From a virus, in IMG/VR virus record IMGVR_UViG_3300025151_000031, positions 3,299 to 67,298 of that record: DNA of 64,000 nucleotides, one strand, 5' to 3'. The position numbers and the translations under genes are program-made. Of this stretch, positions 18,997 through 28,805 are shown piece after piece (the first letter of the stretch is position 1; every line of letters begins with the position of its first letter). Under the pieces are notes generated by a model that was given only the letters and a program-made list of their open reading frames with translations, was not told the DNA's origin and ran no database searches.

Positions 18997-21795
18997 TTAA
19001 TTATTTTTATTTAAAGTTAATAAATTGATAGGTGGTTTCCAACCTAATCGTTGTTTAAATCCTAAGTAAGCATTGAGTTCTTTTTCAAAACCTTCCTTAG
19101 CACAAGATAATTTAATATCCTCTATTTGATCTAGAAATAAAGCTATTGGCTCTAAGTATAATAACAAATCTTCATAAGCTATAATCATATCTTTGTCTAT
19201 AACATTATTACATGTTACATCTGTAAATACAAATAGTTCTTTAGATTTAGCTTTAATAGCATCTGGATCATCCTGATTAAGAGTGTCAAGAAATGAATTA
19301 AAATCTATCATTTTCTTAAACATCTTCATCTGAGGTTCTTTTAGAAAGTTTCGCATACTATGAAATCCTGTTGTAGATGCAATATACTCTTGAATTTCTT
19401 CATAGTTTTCATACATCTCTTTATTAACAAGTTTCATTTTATGCATAAACTTAGAATTTTCAAGTCTCATTGTATAACCAGTATACCATCTTACAATAGA
19501 ATGATCTACACTAAAATGATTATTATCAGTAGCTGTATAAAAGAATTCACTAATATGTTTACAGTAAGGATTAGATGTCATATGTTTGGCTACCTTATCA
19601 TTTACTCTAAGCAATTGTGGTCTTTTCCAATTTAATTTGTTATCCTTTAAATATCCTTCAGAAGGCTCATCGCCATAATAAGCTCTAACAGGAGGATATT
19701 CCCAAAAGTAAACAGGCTCTTGATTTTGATCATCATAAGCATTAGGTCTATTAGGCCATACTTGATCATGAGTAGGATTCTGTTTTTCTAGAATCTTAGC
19801 AGCTAATATCAAATCTTCTTCATCCTGTTTATTACCATAATATGTAACAGTTTCAGTATTCATAAGATCTTGAGTACAAGGCTCAACTTTGTCCCAGATA
19901 AAACCAGATTCACTTCTAGAATATTCAGATCTAGTATCCACTCTTAATGTAAAAGCAACTACCCTCTTTTGAATTTCTCTTCTAGCTTCAGGAGTTAGGT
20001 TACTTAAAGCAGCTACTTCTTCTCTTTGTTTAGCTACTTTCTTAAATTCAGTTAACCATTCTTCATCCACCTCTATGTCATCATAATGAGAAATGTTCTC
20101 AGAAGACTTAAGAGCTTTAAAAACATTTTGAATTCTAGTTTTTTCTTTTTGATAGAAATTCATTTGTCTTGCTCTCTCCTTGTCATCAGAAATACTACCT
20201 ATAGTAGCAACACGTGCAGTATCAGTACCATCATGTTCAGATATTACATATATAGTCTCACCATCTTGAAGTTGTCTGATAGCATAAGCATCTTTCTTCC
20301 AAGAAAATTGAGTTTCTAGATCTTTAATATATATATTATGTTGTTCTTTACCAAAACCGTCCCAGTTCTCAAGTTTATCTCTTGTAACTGTTTCTTTCTT
20401 AGTACCCCAATCTTTATGTATATATATCTTTTTAATATCTGTGTTTTTACCAAATATAGTAGAAACATTACCAAATTTAATAGAAGTATCACCTGGAAAC
20501 TTAGGGTTTAACTGATCTTTGTCAATTATATTAGATAATTTACTAAGAACAGAGTTACCTCTTGAGTCTCTAAGTATAGTACGACAATTAGCAATCCAAG
20601 TTACAAAATCTGTATCTTCTAACTCTTTTTGAGCTATTTCTGTAGCCTCTGCTGCAGCACGATTAATTAGTTCTTGAACATAAGACTTAGTAGCCTCATT
20701 CCAAATAACTTTTTCACGTGATGGAGTAACGTCTACACCTTCTTGAAGAACAATTTCTTTACCTGTATCAGGATCTCTCATTACTTGTCTCATAGGACAT
20801 TTAAAAGCAATAGCGCCCCACATGGTTTCCATTTCTAACTCTTTAAAGTTAATATGGCCATAGTTAATACCTGTAGTGGCATTCTCATCTTTTACTATAA
20901 CAATATGAGGCCTACTAAATACATAACTATCAGAAATAATAAGATTCTTAGAATTATGTAATACATCAGCATGAAAATTCATTTCTTGTTCAGCACCATT
21001 TTCATCTATAACAGTAAATTCAACATTATCAATATATAATAATTGTTCTTCTACTGCATCTATGAAACGACTTCTATTGTGTCTTTTTACACCAAAACTT
21101 ATCTCAGTATAATTAAGAGCGTATGTTTCTTCATAATAAACTTTAGTCCCATCTGAAAATGTTATAAAAGGATTTTCTTTACCTGTTTCTAAGTTAAACC
21201 TAGGTATAATAAAATCTGTTTTATAATTATAACAATTACATTTGAACTTTTTACCGTTGTGTACAGTTTCTATAGTATAGAAATCAACGCCTGTTGAGAG
21301 TGCGACTTTTGCACCCAAACCAAATGCGCCAAAATTCTCGCTAGTATTTCTTTTCGTAGAATAACCTAGCTCTAGAATTCCTTCTAATCTTCTATTACCA
21401 ATACCTACACCACGATCTAGTACAGTAAATTTATCACAAAATCCAGTACCCTCATTCTGTTTATATGTAAGATGTACTTTATGCTCGTCAAGATTTAAAT
21501 GTTCTCTATTATAATAAGAAGCATCATAATTACTATCTGTATATGCTTCTCCTTCTCGCTGAATATAGTAATCTTCTGGTTTCTTTTTACCCTCAATAAT
21601 TTCTAATGCCATTTCCTTTTCACGTTGAGAGTCACATGCATTTGTAGTTAACTCTCTAACTGTTGATGGAATTGGCTGAGAATACTGAGAGGCTTGAAGA
21701 ATATCAAAGACTAGCTTTTCAGCACCTTTGTTGATTTTCTTCTTGACACCCTCTTGTCCGCTTTGGATGTCACGATCAATTGTTTTAATACTCAT
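18997..21795 (-). CDS. rIIA: rIIA-like protein with N-terminal GHKL ATPase
   Basis: LQASQYS, VRELTTNACDS, DRGVGI, YSTKR, GAFGLGAK and VDVTPSRE motifs. Confidence 0.85.
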   Translation of the reverse strand: MSIKTIDRDIQSGQEGVKKKINKGAEKLVFDILQASQYSQPIPSTVRELTTNACDSQREKEMALEIIEGKKKPEDYYIQREGEAYTDSNYDASYYNREHLNLDEHKVHLTYKQNEGTGFCDKFTVLDRGVGIGNRRLEGILELGYSTKRNTSENFGAFGLGAKVALSTGVDFYTIETVHNGKKFKCNCYNYKTDFIIPRFNLETGKENPFITFSDGTKVYYEETYALNYTEISFGVKRHNRSRFIDAVEEQLLYIDNVEFTVIDENGAEQEMNFHADVLHNSKNLIISDSYVFSRPHIVIVKDENATTGINYGHINFKELEMETMWGAIAFKCPMRQVMRDPDTGKEIVLQEGVDVTPSREKVIWNEATKSYVQELINRAAAEATEIAQKELEDTDFVTWIANCRTILRDSRGNSVLSKLSNIIDKDQLNPKFPGDTSIKFGNVSTIFGKNTDIKKIYIHKDWGTKKETVTRDKLENWDGFGKEQHNIYIKDLETQFSWKKDAYAIRQLQDGETIYVISEHDGTDTARVATIGSISDDKERARQMNFYQKEKTRIQNVFKALKSSENISHYDDIEVDEEWLTEFKKVAKQREEVAALSNLTPEARREIQKRVVAFTLRVDTRSEYSRSESGFIWDKVEPCTQDLMNTETVTYYGNKQDEEDLILAAKILEKQNPTHDQVWPNRPNAYDDQNQEPVYFWEYPPVRAYYGDEPSEGYLKDNKLNWKRPQLLRVNDKVAKHMTSNPYCKHISEFFYTATDNNHFSVDHSIVRWYTGYTMRLENSKFMHKMKLVNKEMYENYEEIQEYIASTTGFHSMRNFLKEPQMKMFKKMIDFNSFLDTLNQDDPDAIKAKSKELFVFTDVTCNNVIDKDMIIAYEDLLLYLEPIALFLDQIEDIKLSCAKEGFEKELNAYLGFKQRLGWKPPINLLTLNKNN

Positions 21796-22150
21796 AACCT
21801 AATTTTTGTTTTAATTTATTATAATACTTTTTTTGTTTATTAGTTAGCATCCAGCTTTGTGCTGGAAATACTCTTTGTTTGACACTACCTCCCGTAATAT
21901 ATGATTGAGAAGGAATGCCATCTTTTAATCTCTCGTAATACCATTTGTGATTTGATTCTAGTGCCCCAGGTATATCATGATAACGTAATAAGCCATCTGA
22001 ATATGCCCCACTAGCAGTTTTATATTTACCTTTAGTGTGTGAAAATGCACCAAAATACCTATAATTACCATTGTAAGTAATTGTTAGTAAATCACCTGGT
22101 TTGAGAGATTCATACCACTCATCAAGTGGCGTAATCTCTATTTTATCCAT
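21785..22150 (-). CDS. Hypothetical protein
   Basis: 121 aa ORF coupled to its neighbours. Confidence 0.65.
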   Translation of the reverse strand: MDKIEITPLDEWYESLKPGDLLTITYNGNYRYFGAFSHTKGKYKTASGAYSDGLLRYHDIPGALESNHKWYYERLKDGIPSQSYITGGSVKQRVFPAQSWMLTNKQKKYYNKLKQKLGYEY

Positions 22151-22151
22151 T

Positions 22152-22592
22152 TTATAAATTTTTAATAATCTCTATTGTTTCTCGTACCTGTTTTTGATTC
22201 TTAGGTACAAATAGTTTACATGATTTGTTGTTGTCTAATAAATGCTTTTTAAACATTTTCCATTTAATAGGAAAACGATCATTAGCAAAACCTTTACACT
22301 CTATAATCCACGTACGATCTGGACACAAGAAGTCTGGCAAATATGTTACTGCTCTAACTTTTGTATCTGATTTATCCCTATAACCTTTTGTTGATTGTTC
22401 ATAGGTAGTTTCGTCATAATTATATGAATCTAGGAGAGTAAATTTCTCACTTTCGTATTCAAGAGGAATATTATTTTCTTTAAGTGTTTTATATGTAAAA
22501 GCTTCTAATTTTGATCTGAATTTTATTCCGTCTACTGTTGTTGATTTTGAATGTATTTTACCTTTACGTTTTCGTCTATATTTTTTAGCCAT
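22152..22592 (-). CDS. PD-(D/E)xK endonuclease (T7 endonuclease I / DUF1064-like, putative Holliday junction resolvase)
   Basis: VDGIKFRSKLE, YLPDF...IIECKG motifs. Confidence 0.8.
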   Translation of the reverse strand: MAKKYRRKRKGKIHSKSTTVDGIKFRSKLEAFTYKTLKENNIPLEYESEKFTLLDSYNYDETTYEQSTKGYRDKSDTKVRAVTYLPDFLCPDRTWIIECKGFANDRFPIKWKMFKKHLLDNNKSCKLFVPKNQKQVRETIEIIKNL

Positions 22593-23554
22593 AATTTAGT
22601 TTTATTTAAACCATGAACAACAATGGCATCAGAAATATCTTTGCAATTCCAATCATGAGGTATACAAATATTTGTTAATTCAAATTTATCTGCAATTTTC
22701 TTAGCCATTGTTTGTCCAGGATTATCTAGTGATTCAAAATCATTATCATAAAATACAATTATTCTTTTGAATCTTGTTTGCAACATGCAGATTTGGGATC
22801 TACTTGGCATTTGCATTTCACTTTGAAAAGCAATTGCTGGAAATCCCATAGCATTAAGGCACATAACATCCTTAAGGGAAGAAGTAATATAAATGTCATC
22901 ACCCTCTTCAGGTAATTGTTTAAGGCCTTGAATATCTTTTTTGCTAGTGTTGCTAAACCACTTAGTTTCTTTTTCATATGGAGCGTAAATTTTATATTTA
23001 TTGTTAAACCTAAAAGCATAAGTAGGAGTTTTAACTTTGAATCTATTCTCATTAATCCAGTAATATGTAATAGGCTTAACTGCAAAGATACGCAAAATTT
23101 TCTTACTTATACCATATGGTTTCCAAAATTTCGCATCATCTAAATTCCAATTTCTACTCTTTATTTTAATAATAGTGACTTTCTTGTCAACATCTTGTTT
23201 ACCATAAAGTGTAGGAATCTTGGACCGCATTATTCCATTTGAACTTGCTAACTTTAAATTAAAATCACTGCTAATTTGAATTAAAGCTCCAGTAAATGTA
23301 AGACCATATTTAAATTGAACATATCCAAAACAATTAAATGTGTGTTCAGGATGTCCAAAATCTTTGTATAATAAATTGCCATTATAATTAACTATAGAGG
23401 CTGAGGGTCTTCTATCTTCTCTCAGCTCACTACAAAATTTTTTATTAAGCTCTTTAAATACAGAACAATAATATTTAAATATGTCAAACTCTGTGATCTT
23501 TTCTAAAATTACTTCCGTGTGTAATATATCGTTACTTGGTCTTGATTTTATCAT
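22532..23554 (-). CDS. DNA primase (crAss-type, TOPRIM)
   Basis: CSELREDRRPS...YKDFG N-terminus; TOPRIM YITSSLKDVMCL...FYDND...KDISD. Start moved to ATG 23554 because the longer ORF runs into a hairpin. Confidence 0.82.
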   Translation of the reverse strand: MIKSRPSNDILHTEVILEKITEFDIFKYYCSVFKELNKKFCSELREDRRPSASIVNYNGNLLYKDFGHPEHTFNCFGYVQFKYGLTFTGALIQISSDFNLKLASSNGIMRSKIPTLYGKQDVDKKVTIIKIKSRNWNLDDAKFWKPYGISKKILRIFAVKPITYYWINENRFKVKTPTYAFRFNNKYKIYAPYEKETKWFSNTSKKDIQGLKQLPEEGDDIYITSSLKDVMCLNAMGFPAIAFQSEMQMPSRSQICMLQTRFKRIIVFYDNDFESLDNPGQTMAKKIADKFELTNICIPHDWNCKDISDAIVVHGLNKTKLWLKNIDENVKVKYIQNQQQ

Positions 23555-23571
23555 AATAAGTGTGTTAAAAA

Positions 23572-23649
23572 TATATGGGCAGAGAATTGTAATCAGTTTC
23601 ACAAAGTATAACAGGACGTTAATATTTAATTACTAACTCTGCCCATATA
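23572..23649 (-). other. 13-bp perfect inverted repeat enclosing a 52-nt loop upstream of primase
   Basis: TATATGGGCAGAG (23572-23584) / CTCTGCCCATATA (23637-23649). Confidence 0.8.
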
Positions 23650-23651
23650 GT

Positions 23652-23764
23652 ATAAAAAGAGGAGCTCTCACATGCTTAACTGTCTGTTTCCCTATAGTAA
23701 CAACAAAACAAGTTTACATGTACGACTGAGAATAGCTTAATCTACTTACGCCGAGCACTCCTCT
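23652..23764 (-). ncRNA. Multi-branched structured RNA candidate ending in a U-tract
   Basis: Closing stem AGAGGAG/CTCCTCT followed on the minus strand by a T-run; inner helices ACATG/CATGT, TGTT/AACA and AGTAG/CTATT. Confidence 0.45.
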
Positions 23765-23771
23765 AAATCAA

Positions 23772-24527
23772 TTAAACCCAATCTTTGTTTTCATCATCTG
23801 CAGAAAACGGATCTTCTTCATCAGGAGTTACAACAGCCAACTCAGGCTTAAACTCTCCCCAATTAAGATCAGTAGCAAACTCTGCATTAAACGAACCATA
23901 TTCATCGTTTAATGATTTAACAAATAGATCGTCTCTTTGCGGCTTAATTCTACCAAATACCTTAGTATATACTTGTTGATATTTACCATCCTTAACACCT
24001 ATTAATAGACGAACTTGATTTCCTTTAAGAGCAGTAACTAATTGTTTTAACTCAGCTATATCTCCAGTTACAATCTTTTCTATTGAATCAAAATAAACAT
24101 TGTCACCAGGAGCAACATTAGCCCAAGCCTTAACGAAATTAATTAACGTCTCTTCACCAACAAACGCTTTTCTAGATGTTTCAGGATTTTGCCACCAATC
24201 ATAGCTAGGAGTTTCTTCACTCCATGTTCCTTGACCTGTAGCATTTAACCATTGAAACTTACCAGTTTTACTAGTTCGTTGTTTATTTTGCATTAAGATT
24301 TCTAATCTAGTAGTAAGATCTTCATTCTTAACCCAAAAAGATACTTTAAAATAATCCTCACCATTTAATTCTAAGAAATAATTTGGTTCTTGTTTTACTT
24401 TAATATCCATAGCGTGTAGCTCTTCCATTGTTGGATTTATTGCTAACACATTAAAATTTGAGATTCCAGAATAACTTTTTATACTATTCATAACCTCTTG
24501 TTGCGAATCATTACTTGTAATTGCCAT
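23772..24527 (-). CDS. Putative ssDNA-binding protein
   Basis: In the replication cluster, aromatic-rich, with an acidic C-terminal tail (DEEDPFSADDENKDWV). Function inferred. Confidence 0.5.
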   Translation of the reverse strand: MAITSNDSQQEVMNSIKSYSGISNFNVLAINPTMEELHAMDIKVKQEPNYFLELNGEDYFKVSFWVKNEDLTTRLEILMQNKQRTSKTGKFQWLNATGQGTWSEETPSYDWWQNPETSRKAFVGEETLINFVKAWANVAPGDNVYFDSIEKIVTGDIAELKQLVTALKGNQVRLLIGVKDGKYQQVYTKVFGRIKPQRDDLFVKSLNDEYGSFNAEFATDLNWGEFKPELAVVTPDEEDPFSADDENKDWV

Positions 24528-24547
24528 ATTTAAATTTGTTTTTAATA

Positions 24548-25009
24548 TTAATAATTATTTGACCAATCATCTGCTTTAGATTCCATGTAATCCATGTCCT
24601 CTGTAGAATCATACAATTCAGGCTTACTTGGTACTTTACTTTCATCTATACCTAACTCTTCAGCTGCATCAGCAATGTCTTCTATTTTTTGAAGCGCGTC
24701 ATCAGCCTCTTGAGATTCCTCTCTAATTTGATCTTCAAGATCTAATTGATTAGGATCAGAAGATTCCATTGTCATATCATCAACAAAATTAAAAGATAAT
24801 TTTTTAACTTTTTTAGCTTTTTTACCTTTTAGTGTTGGATGATCAAACATTTGTTTTACTTCCCATGTTTCTAAATTGTATTTAGTTTTAATACCTGTTC
24901 TGTCTATACCGTTTTCTAGATCTTCTAAGATCATTGAAGTTGTTATAGTTTCAGGAGTTGTATTATTATTCTCCTGCATTTGATTGTTGTTTTCTCTAAT
25001 TTCAACCAT
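24548..25009 (-). CDS. Hypothetical protein (short helical domain plus acidic tail)
   Basis: 153 aa ORF with A-rich initiation region. Confidence 0.65.
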   Translation of the reverse strand: MVEIRENNNQMQENNNTTPETITTSMILEDLENGIDRTGIKTKYNLETWEVKQMFDHPTLKGKKAKKVKKLSFNFVDDMTMESSDPNQLDLEDQIREESQEADDALQKIEDIADAAEELGIDESKVPSKPELYDSTEDMDYMESKADDWSNNY

Positions 25010-25026
25010 TTTTGTGTGTTTTAAAA

Positions 25027-25725
25027 TTAATCAATAAATATTTTAGTCCAATCAAGTTCCATATCTTGGCCCTTGAGATGATCACATCGCGATCCTGCAG
25101 TTATATCATTTTGCGAGTTAAATGATATCATAGTTTTATCATTTTCTCTATATATATAACCAATAGCATCAGCGTTAGCGCATGTTATTTGTTTAATCTT
25201 ACCCGTTAAGTCAAGATCTTTAGAAGAGACTTCTTTCCCTTTCTTATCAAGCATCTTATCTTTGAGATGACCAACTAATATCACGTGATCTGCTAATTTG
25301 TTCAATCTATCTATCCATCTTTTGAATGCAATTCTAAGATATAAATAGCCTGCACCATTAGGAAGAGATAAAACAGAAACGCCTTTTTGATCTTTATCAA
25401 AATTTTTACCCATAGGAGTATTTTGATAAATCTTTTTGCCTTCTATTTCACACCATTCCTCAAGCTTAGTAACTGTATCTATAGCTACATACTTATATGG
25501 TTTTTTATTTAACATTATTTGTTTACCAATTTCTGCAAGATGACTTAAACTAGTTGCTTTTAATTTTAAAGCTTCTACCATATCTGAGCCTTCTTCTAAA
25601 TCTATAATCAAACAATCATCCAACTGACTTAATGCAGTTGTTTTGCCTATTTTAGGCGGGCCATAAATGACCATGTTTTTAGGAGACTTACGCACTGCTC
25701 CAACTTTACTTTTTGGTAATTCCAT
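25027..25725 (-). CDS. AAA_24 / Sak4-like P-loop ATPase
   Basis: Walker A YGPPKIGKTT, IDLEEG, Walker B VAIDT, ADAIGY. Likely start MELPK at 25725. Confidence 0.85.
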   Translation of the reverse strand: MELPKSKVGAVRKSPKNMVIYGPPKIGKTTALSQLDDCLIIDLEEGSDMVEALKLKATSLSHLAEIGKQIMLNKKPYKYVAIDTVTKLEEWCEIEGKKIYQNTPMGKNFDKDQKGVSVLSLPNGAGYLYLRIAFKRWIDRLNKLADHVILVGHLKDKMLDKKGKEVSSKDLDLTGKIKQITCANADAIGYIYRENDKTMISFNSQNDITAGSRCDHLKGQDMELDWTKIFID

Positions 25726-26668
25726 CTTTTTTTCTTTCTTTAATTGTAAATGTTGACATTTCCGCTTCATAAGGTATCATTCCTAATAACCCATCACGGT
25801 TTTTTTCTACATGGCATGCTAATAATCCTAATGGATCTTCATTACAATATGTTTTAGTTATACCATATATATCATAAGGTCTATTTAATATCATTACTAC
25901 ATGAGCATCTTGACCAATGCTGTCACCACCAAATAGATCTGTCAAGAGTGGCTGATATTGATTTTTAGCTCTATGCTCTTGTTCTATGTTTCTATTTAAT
26001 TGTGATAGTAATATATTAACTACACCCATTTTAGATTGCATCCACATGCAACCTTTAGAAATTTCATTTAATTTCTGTAATTCAGTATGTTCTTGCGGTC
26101 CTTTTATCAGTCTAGAGTGATCAAATATATTAATAACTCTAGCAGTGGGTTGACTCATAAATATCTGTTCATTTGTTGCCTTAATAAATTCCATAGTTCT
26201 TGGAATATTATTAAAGTAAACAGGATATTTATTAAAACGTTGCACATTGCTGGCATAGTTTTTGAAGTCATCATCCTTAAGCCTTGCTTCTACAGATAAT
26301 AAATCCCCCAACTGTTTATTAACCTGCTTAGACGCACTACGCATAATTTGCTGATATCCTGGCATTTCAAAACTCCAATATAAAACAATTACATCTTTAT
26401 TTTGATTTACATCTAATACATCAAATACCATTTGATTACTAAATGCTGATTTACCCACGCCAGGTCGTCCCGCAATTACATACATTTTACCACCTTGTAA
26501 ACCACCTAATAAATTCTTATTAAGTCTTGGCCACTTAGTGGGATAAACATCGCGTTTACCATTCATAGCATCTTTTACAATTGCTATAGATTGATTTACT
26601 GCTTTGTCTATTTTTTGAAAACCTCTACCTTGAAATAAGTTAGAGTTGTCTTGTGATTCTTCTGTCAT
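25706..26668 (-). CDS. dnaB: DnaB-like replicative helicase
   Basis: AGRPGVGKS, SFEM, LSQLNR, IGQDAH, KNRDG. Confidence 0.92.
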   Translation of the reverse strand: MTEESQDNSNLFQGRGFQKIDKAVNQSIAIVKDAMNGKRDVYPTKWPRLNKNLLGGLQGGKMYVIAGRPGVGKSAFSNQMVFDVLDVNQNKDVIVLYWSFEMPGYQQIMRSASKQVNKQLGDLLSVEARLKDDDFKNYASNVQRFNKYPVYFNNIPRTMEFIKATNEQIFMSQPTARVINIFDHSRLIKGPQEHTELQKLNEISKGCMWMQSKMGVVNILLSQLNRNIEQEHRAKNQYQPLLTDLFGGDSIGQDAHVVMILNRPYDIYGITKTYCNEDPLGLLACHVEKNRDGLLGMIPYEAEMSTFTIKERKKDGITKK

Positions 26669-27191
26669 CTTTAATGTCGTTAATGTTCATATCTTCATAC
26701 TTTTCCCAAGTATGATTATTTATCCAAGTTTCAAGATTCTGAAGATAACCTAAGTTATCTTTTTCATGCTCTAATTGTAATTGTAAGCATTTCATTATAT
26801 ACCTGTGATGATGAGGTCTATTAGCAAGAACTTTTTTATATTTATTTCTTGCTTTTTTATTGCTTGCAGCTTTAGGATCCTTTGCATGCAAAACTCTTAC
26901 ACCTCGTGTAGGAGATTCCACTTTGAAAGGATAAGCTTCACATAATTCTGCAAACATATCATCACCATCACCGATAAATAAATCTCTGAATTTTTGTGTA
27001 ACAATATATTCAGTTGGTTCTGCTCGATCTCCTACTACAATCCATCCATCTTTTTCTAATCCAGGACTTACATTTAAATTTACTTTTTCTAAATAACCAT
27101 ATGCTCTTTTATGAAAAATATATAAATATATAAAATCATCTGGAGTTAAAGTAGTTTCTTCTAATAAAGAAAGATCTAATTCTATTTTCAT
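26640..27191 (-). CDS. Hypothetical protein, possible replication initiator / helicase loader
   Basis: Upstream of and overlapping dnaB; C-terminal YLQNLETWINNHTWE resembles phage replisome-organiser C-termini (inference). Confidence 0.5.
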   Translation of the reverse strand: MKIELDLSLLEETTLTPDDFIYLYIFHKRAYGYLEKVNLNVSPGLEKDGWIVVGDRAEPTEYIVTQKFRDLFIGDGDDMFAELCEAYPFKVESPTRGVRVLHAKDPKAASNKKARNKYKKVLANRPHHHRYIMKCLQLQLEHEKDNLGYLQNLETWINNHTWEKYEDMNINDIKDDRRITRQL

Positions 27192-28390
27192 AATTTTATT
27201 TGAGTTAATTTGTCAATCCAATTGACATTAGTTAAACCTTTTACTGCTGATTTTAACCATTTTTCCTCTTGAGTTTCTTTTACATATAAAATTATTATTT
27301 TTCCAACTTTATTTTCTTGAAATCTTAATAATCTACCAACTCTTTGAATCATAGTTAAAGATTTACTAGTTAACCCACATATAATACCTATATCTGCATC
27401 TGGAACATCAAAGCCTTGATTTAAAGCTTTTGTTGAACACAGTACATTAATATCACCATTTCTAAATGATTGTAATGCTTGTTCTTTTTGTTTTTTAGTT
27501 TTGCCTGAATGATAAGAATCTGAAAACTCGCCTAAAGATAGATTTATTTCTTCTGTAAATGCGTTTGCACCTGCAAATGTTAAAATCTTCTTTTTGCTAC
27601 CTAATACTTTTACTAGTATTTGTTTTATAGCAGTGATTTTATTTAAAGCAAAATCAACTTGTAGTTTTCTTTCTCTAATAGCTTTATAAAATAATACAGC
27701 CCATTGTTTTTCATGTCCAGGCGCATTACTACTAGCTATAATTCTTTTAGCTTCATTAAAAGCATCAAATTGTCCTAATTTATATTTATAGTGAACAAAC
27801 ATGTTATTTGCTTTTTTATATTTTGCTAATTCTTCTTCTCTAAATTCTATTGGCATGCAGTATATTTCATATGGAGATACTAGTCCTAATTTAACGCACT
27901 GATCTAGTTTTAATTCATATACAGTTGGAAACCAATCATTAAGTATAGCTTTATACTCAAGATCTTCAGGCTGTGTTGCAGTCATACATAATATACGATC
28001 ATAAGTATTATTTTTAAAGAACTTAATATGTTCTTTACTTAAACCTAAATGTACTTCGTCTGCTACAACAACAGTATAATTCTGATCTTGTAGTTTATAT
28101 GCAGATTGATAACAAACAAAATCTATTCTGTCAACGATATCAGAATAATCCCATTTGTGAAATTCACTTTCAAATTGGTCTTGTAATTGTATGGTAGGAA
28201 CCAAAACTATTGCATTAGCATCAGGATTTCTTCTTAAAGTTTCACCTGCTGCTAATACTCCTACACGAGTCTTACCAAATCCAGTACCTGCAATTACAGA
28301 TCCTTTAAATCCAGCTTTAGCCCATGCATTTAGTGCTTTTCTTTGTTCTTCGTCTTTTATTTTTATACAGTTACTCATAGTTTTTATCAT
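27188..28390 (-). CDS. Superfamily 2 (DExH) helicase
   Basis: GTGFGKT, DEVH, MTAT, GFDVPD, QRVGRLLR. Confidence 0.9.
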   Translation of the reverse strand: MIKTMSNCIKIKDEEQRKALNAWAKAGFKGSVIAGTGFGKTRVGVLAAGETLRRNPDANAIVLVPTIQLQDQFESEFHKWDYSDIVDRIDFVCYQSAYKLQDQNYTVVVADEVHLGLSKEHIKFFKNNTYDRILCMTATQPEDLEYKAILNDWFPTVYELKLDQCVKLGLVSPYEIYCMPIEFREEELAKYKKANNMFVHYKYKLGQFDAFNEAKRIIASSNAPGHEKQWAVLFYKAIRERKLQVDFALNKITAIKQILVKVLGSKKKILTFAGANAFTEEINLSLGEFSDSYHSGKTKKQKEQALQSFRNGDINVLCSTKALNQGFDVPDADIGIICGLTSKSLTMIQRVGRLLRFQENKVGKIIILYVKETQEEKWLKSAVKGLTNVNWIDKLTQIKL

Positions 28391-28800
28391 AATATTTGAT
28401 TTAATTTTAATAGTTTTTCTACTTCGTTTAGTCTAATAGTTAAGTTGTCTATAATTTCATACATATCAGTTTCAACATAAGGATTATTCTTTAGTCTACC
28501 TGTTACTCTTTCATACATAATTCTATAATCAGCATACATTCTAAGTAAATCTTCATGTTGATTATAATTATGCATAACAGAAGCGTGATCTCTATCAAAA
28601 TGAGATCCTATTTCACCTAATGTCATTTTTAATTCATCTTTTAATAAAACATAACAAATTCTTCTAGCATCTACCAAATTTCTAACTCTAGATTTACTTG
28701 TAAGTAATTGTACACTTGTACCAGTAGCTTTAGCTACTATAAATATAATATGTTTGGCCTCTTTATTTTTAGGGCTACCAAGATCTAATTTATATTTCAT
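28387..28800 (-). CDS. DnaA domain IV (Bac_DnaA_C)-like HTH protein
   Basis: SKSRVRNLVDARRICYVLLKDELKMTLGEIGSHFDRDHASVMH matches the DnaA C-terminal signature. Confidence 0.8.
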   Translation of the reverse strand: MKYKLDLGSPKNKEAKHIIFIVAKATGTSVQLLTSKSRVRNLVDARRICYVLLKDELKMTLGEIGSHFDRDHASVMHNYNQHEDLLRMYADYRIMYERVTGRLKNNPYVETDMYEIIDNLTIRLNEVEKLLKLNQIL

Positions 28801-28805
28801 AATAA

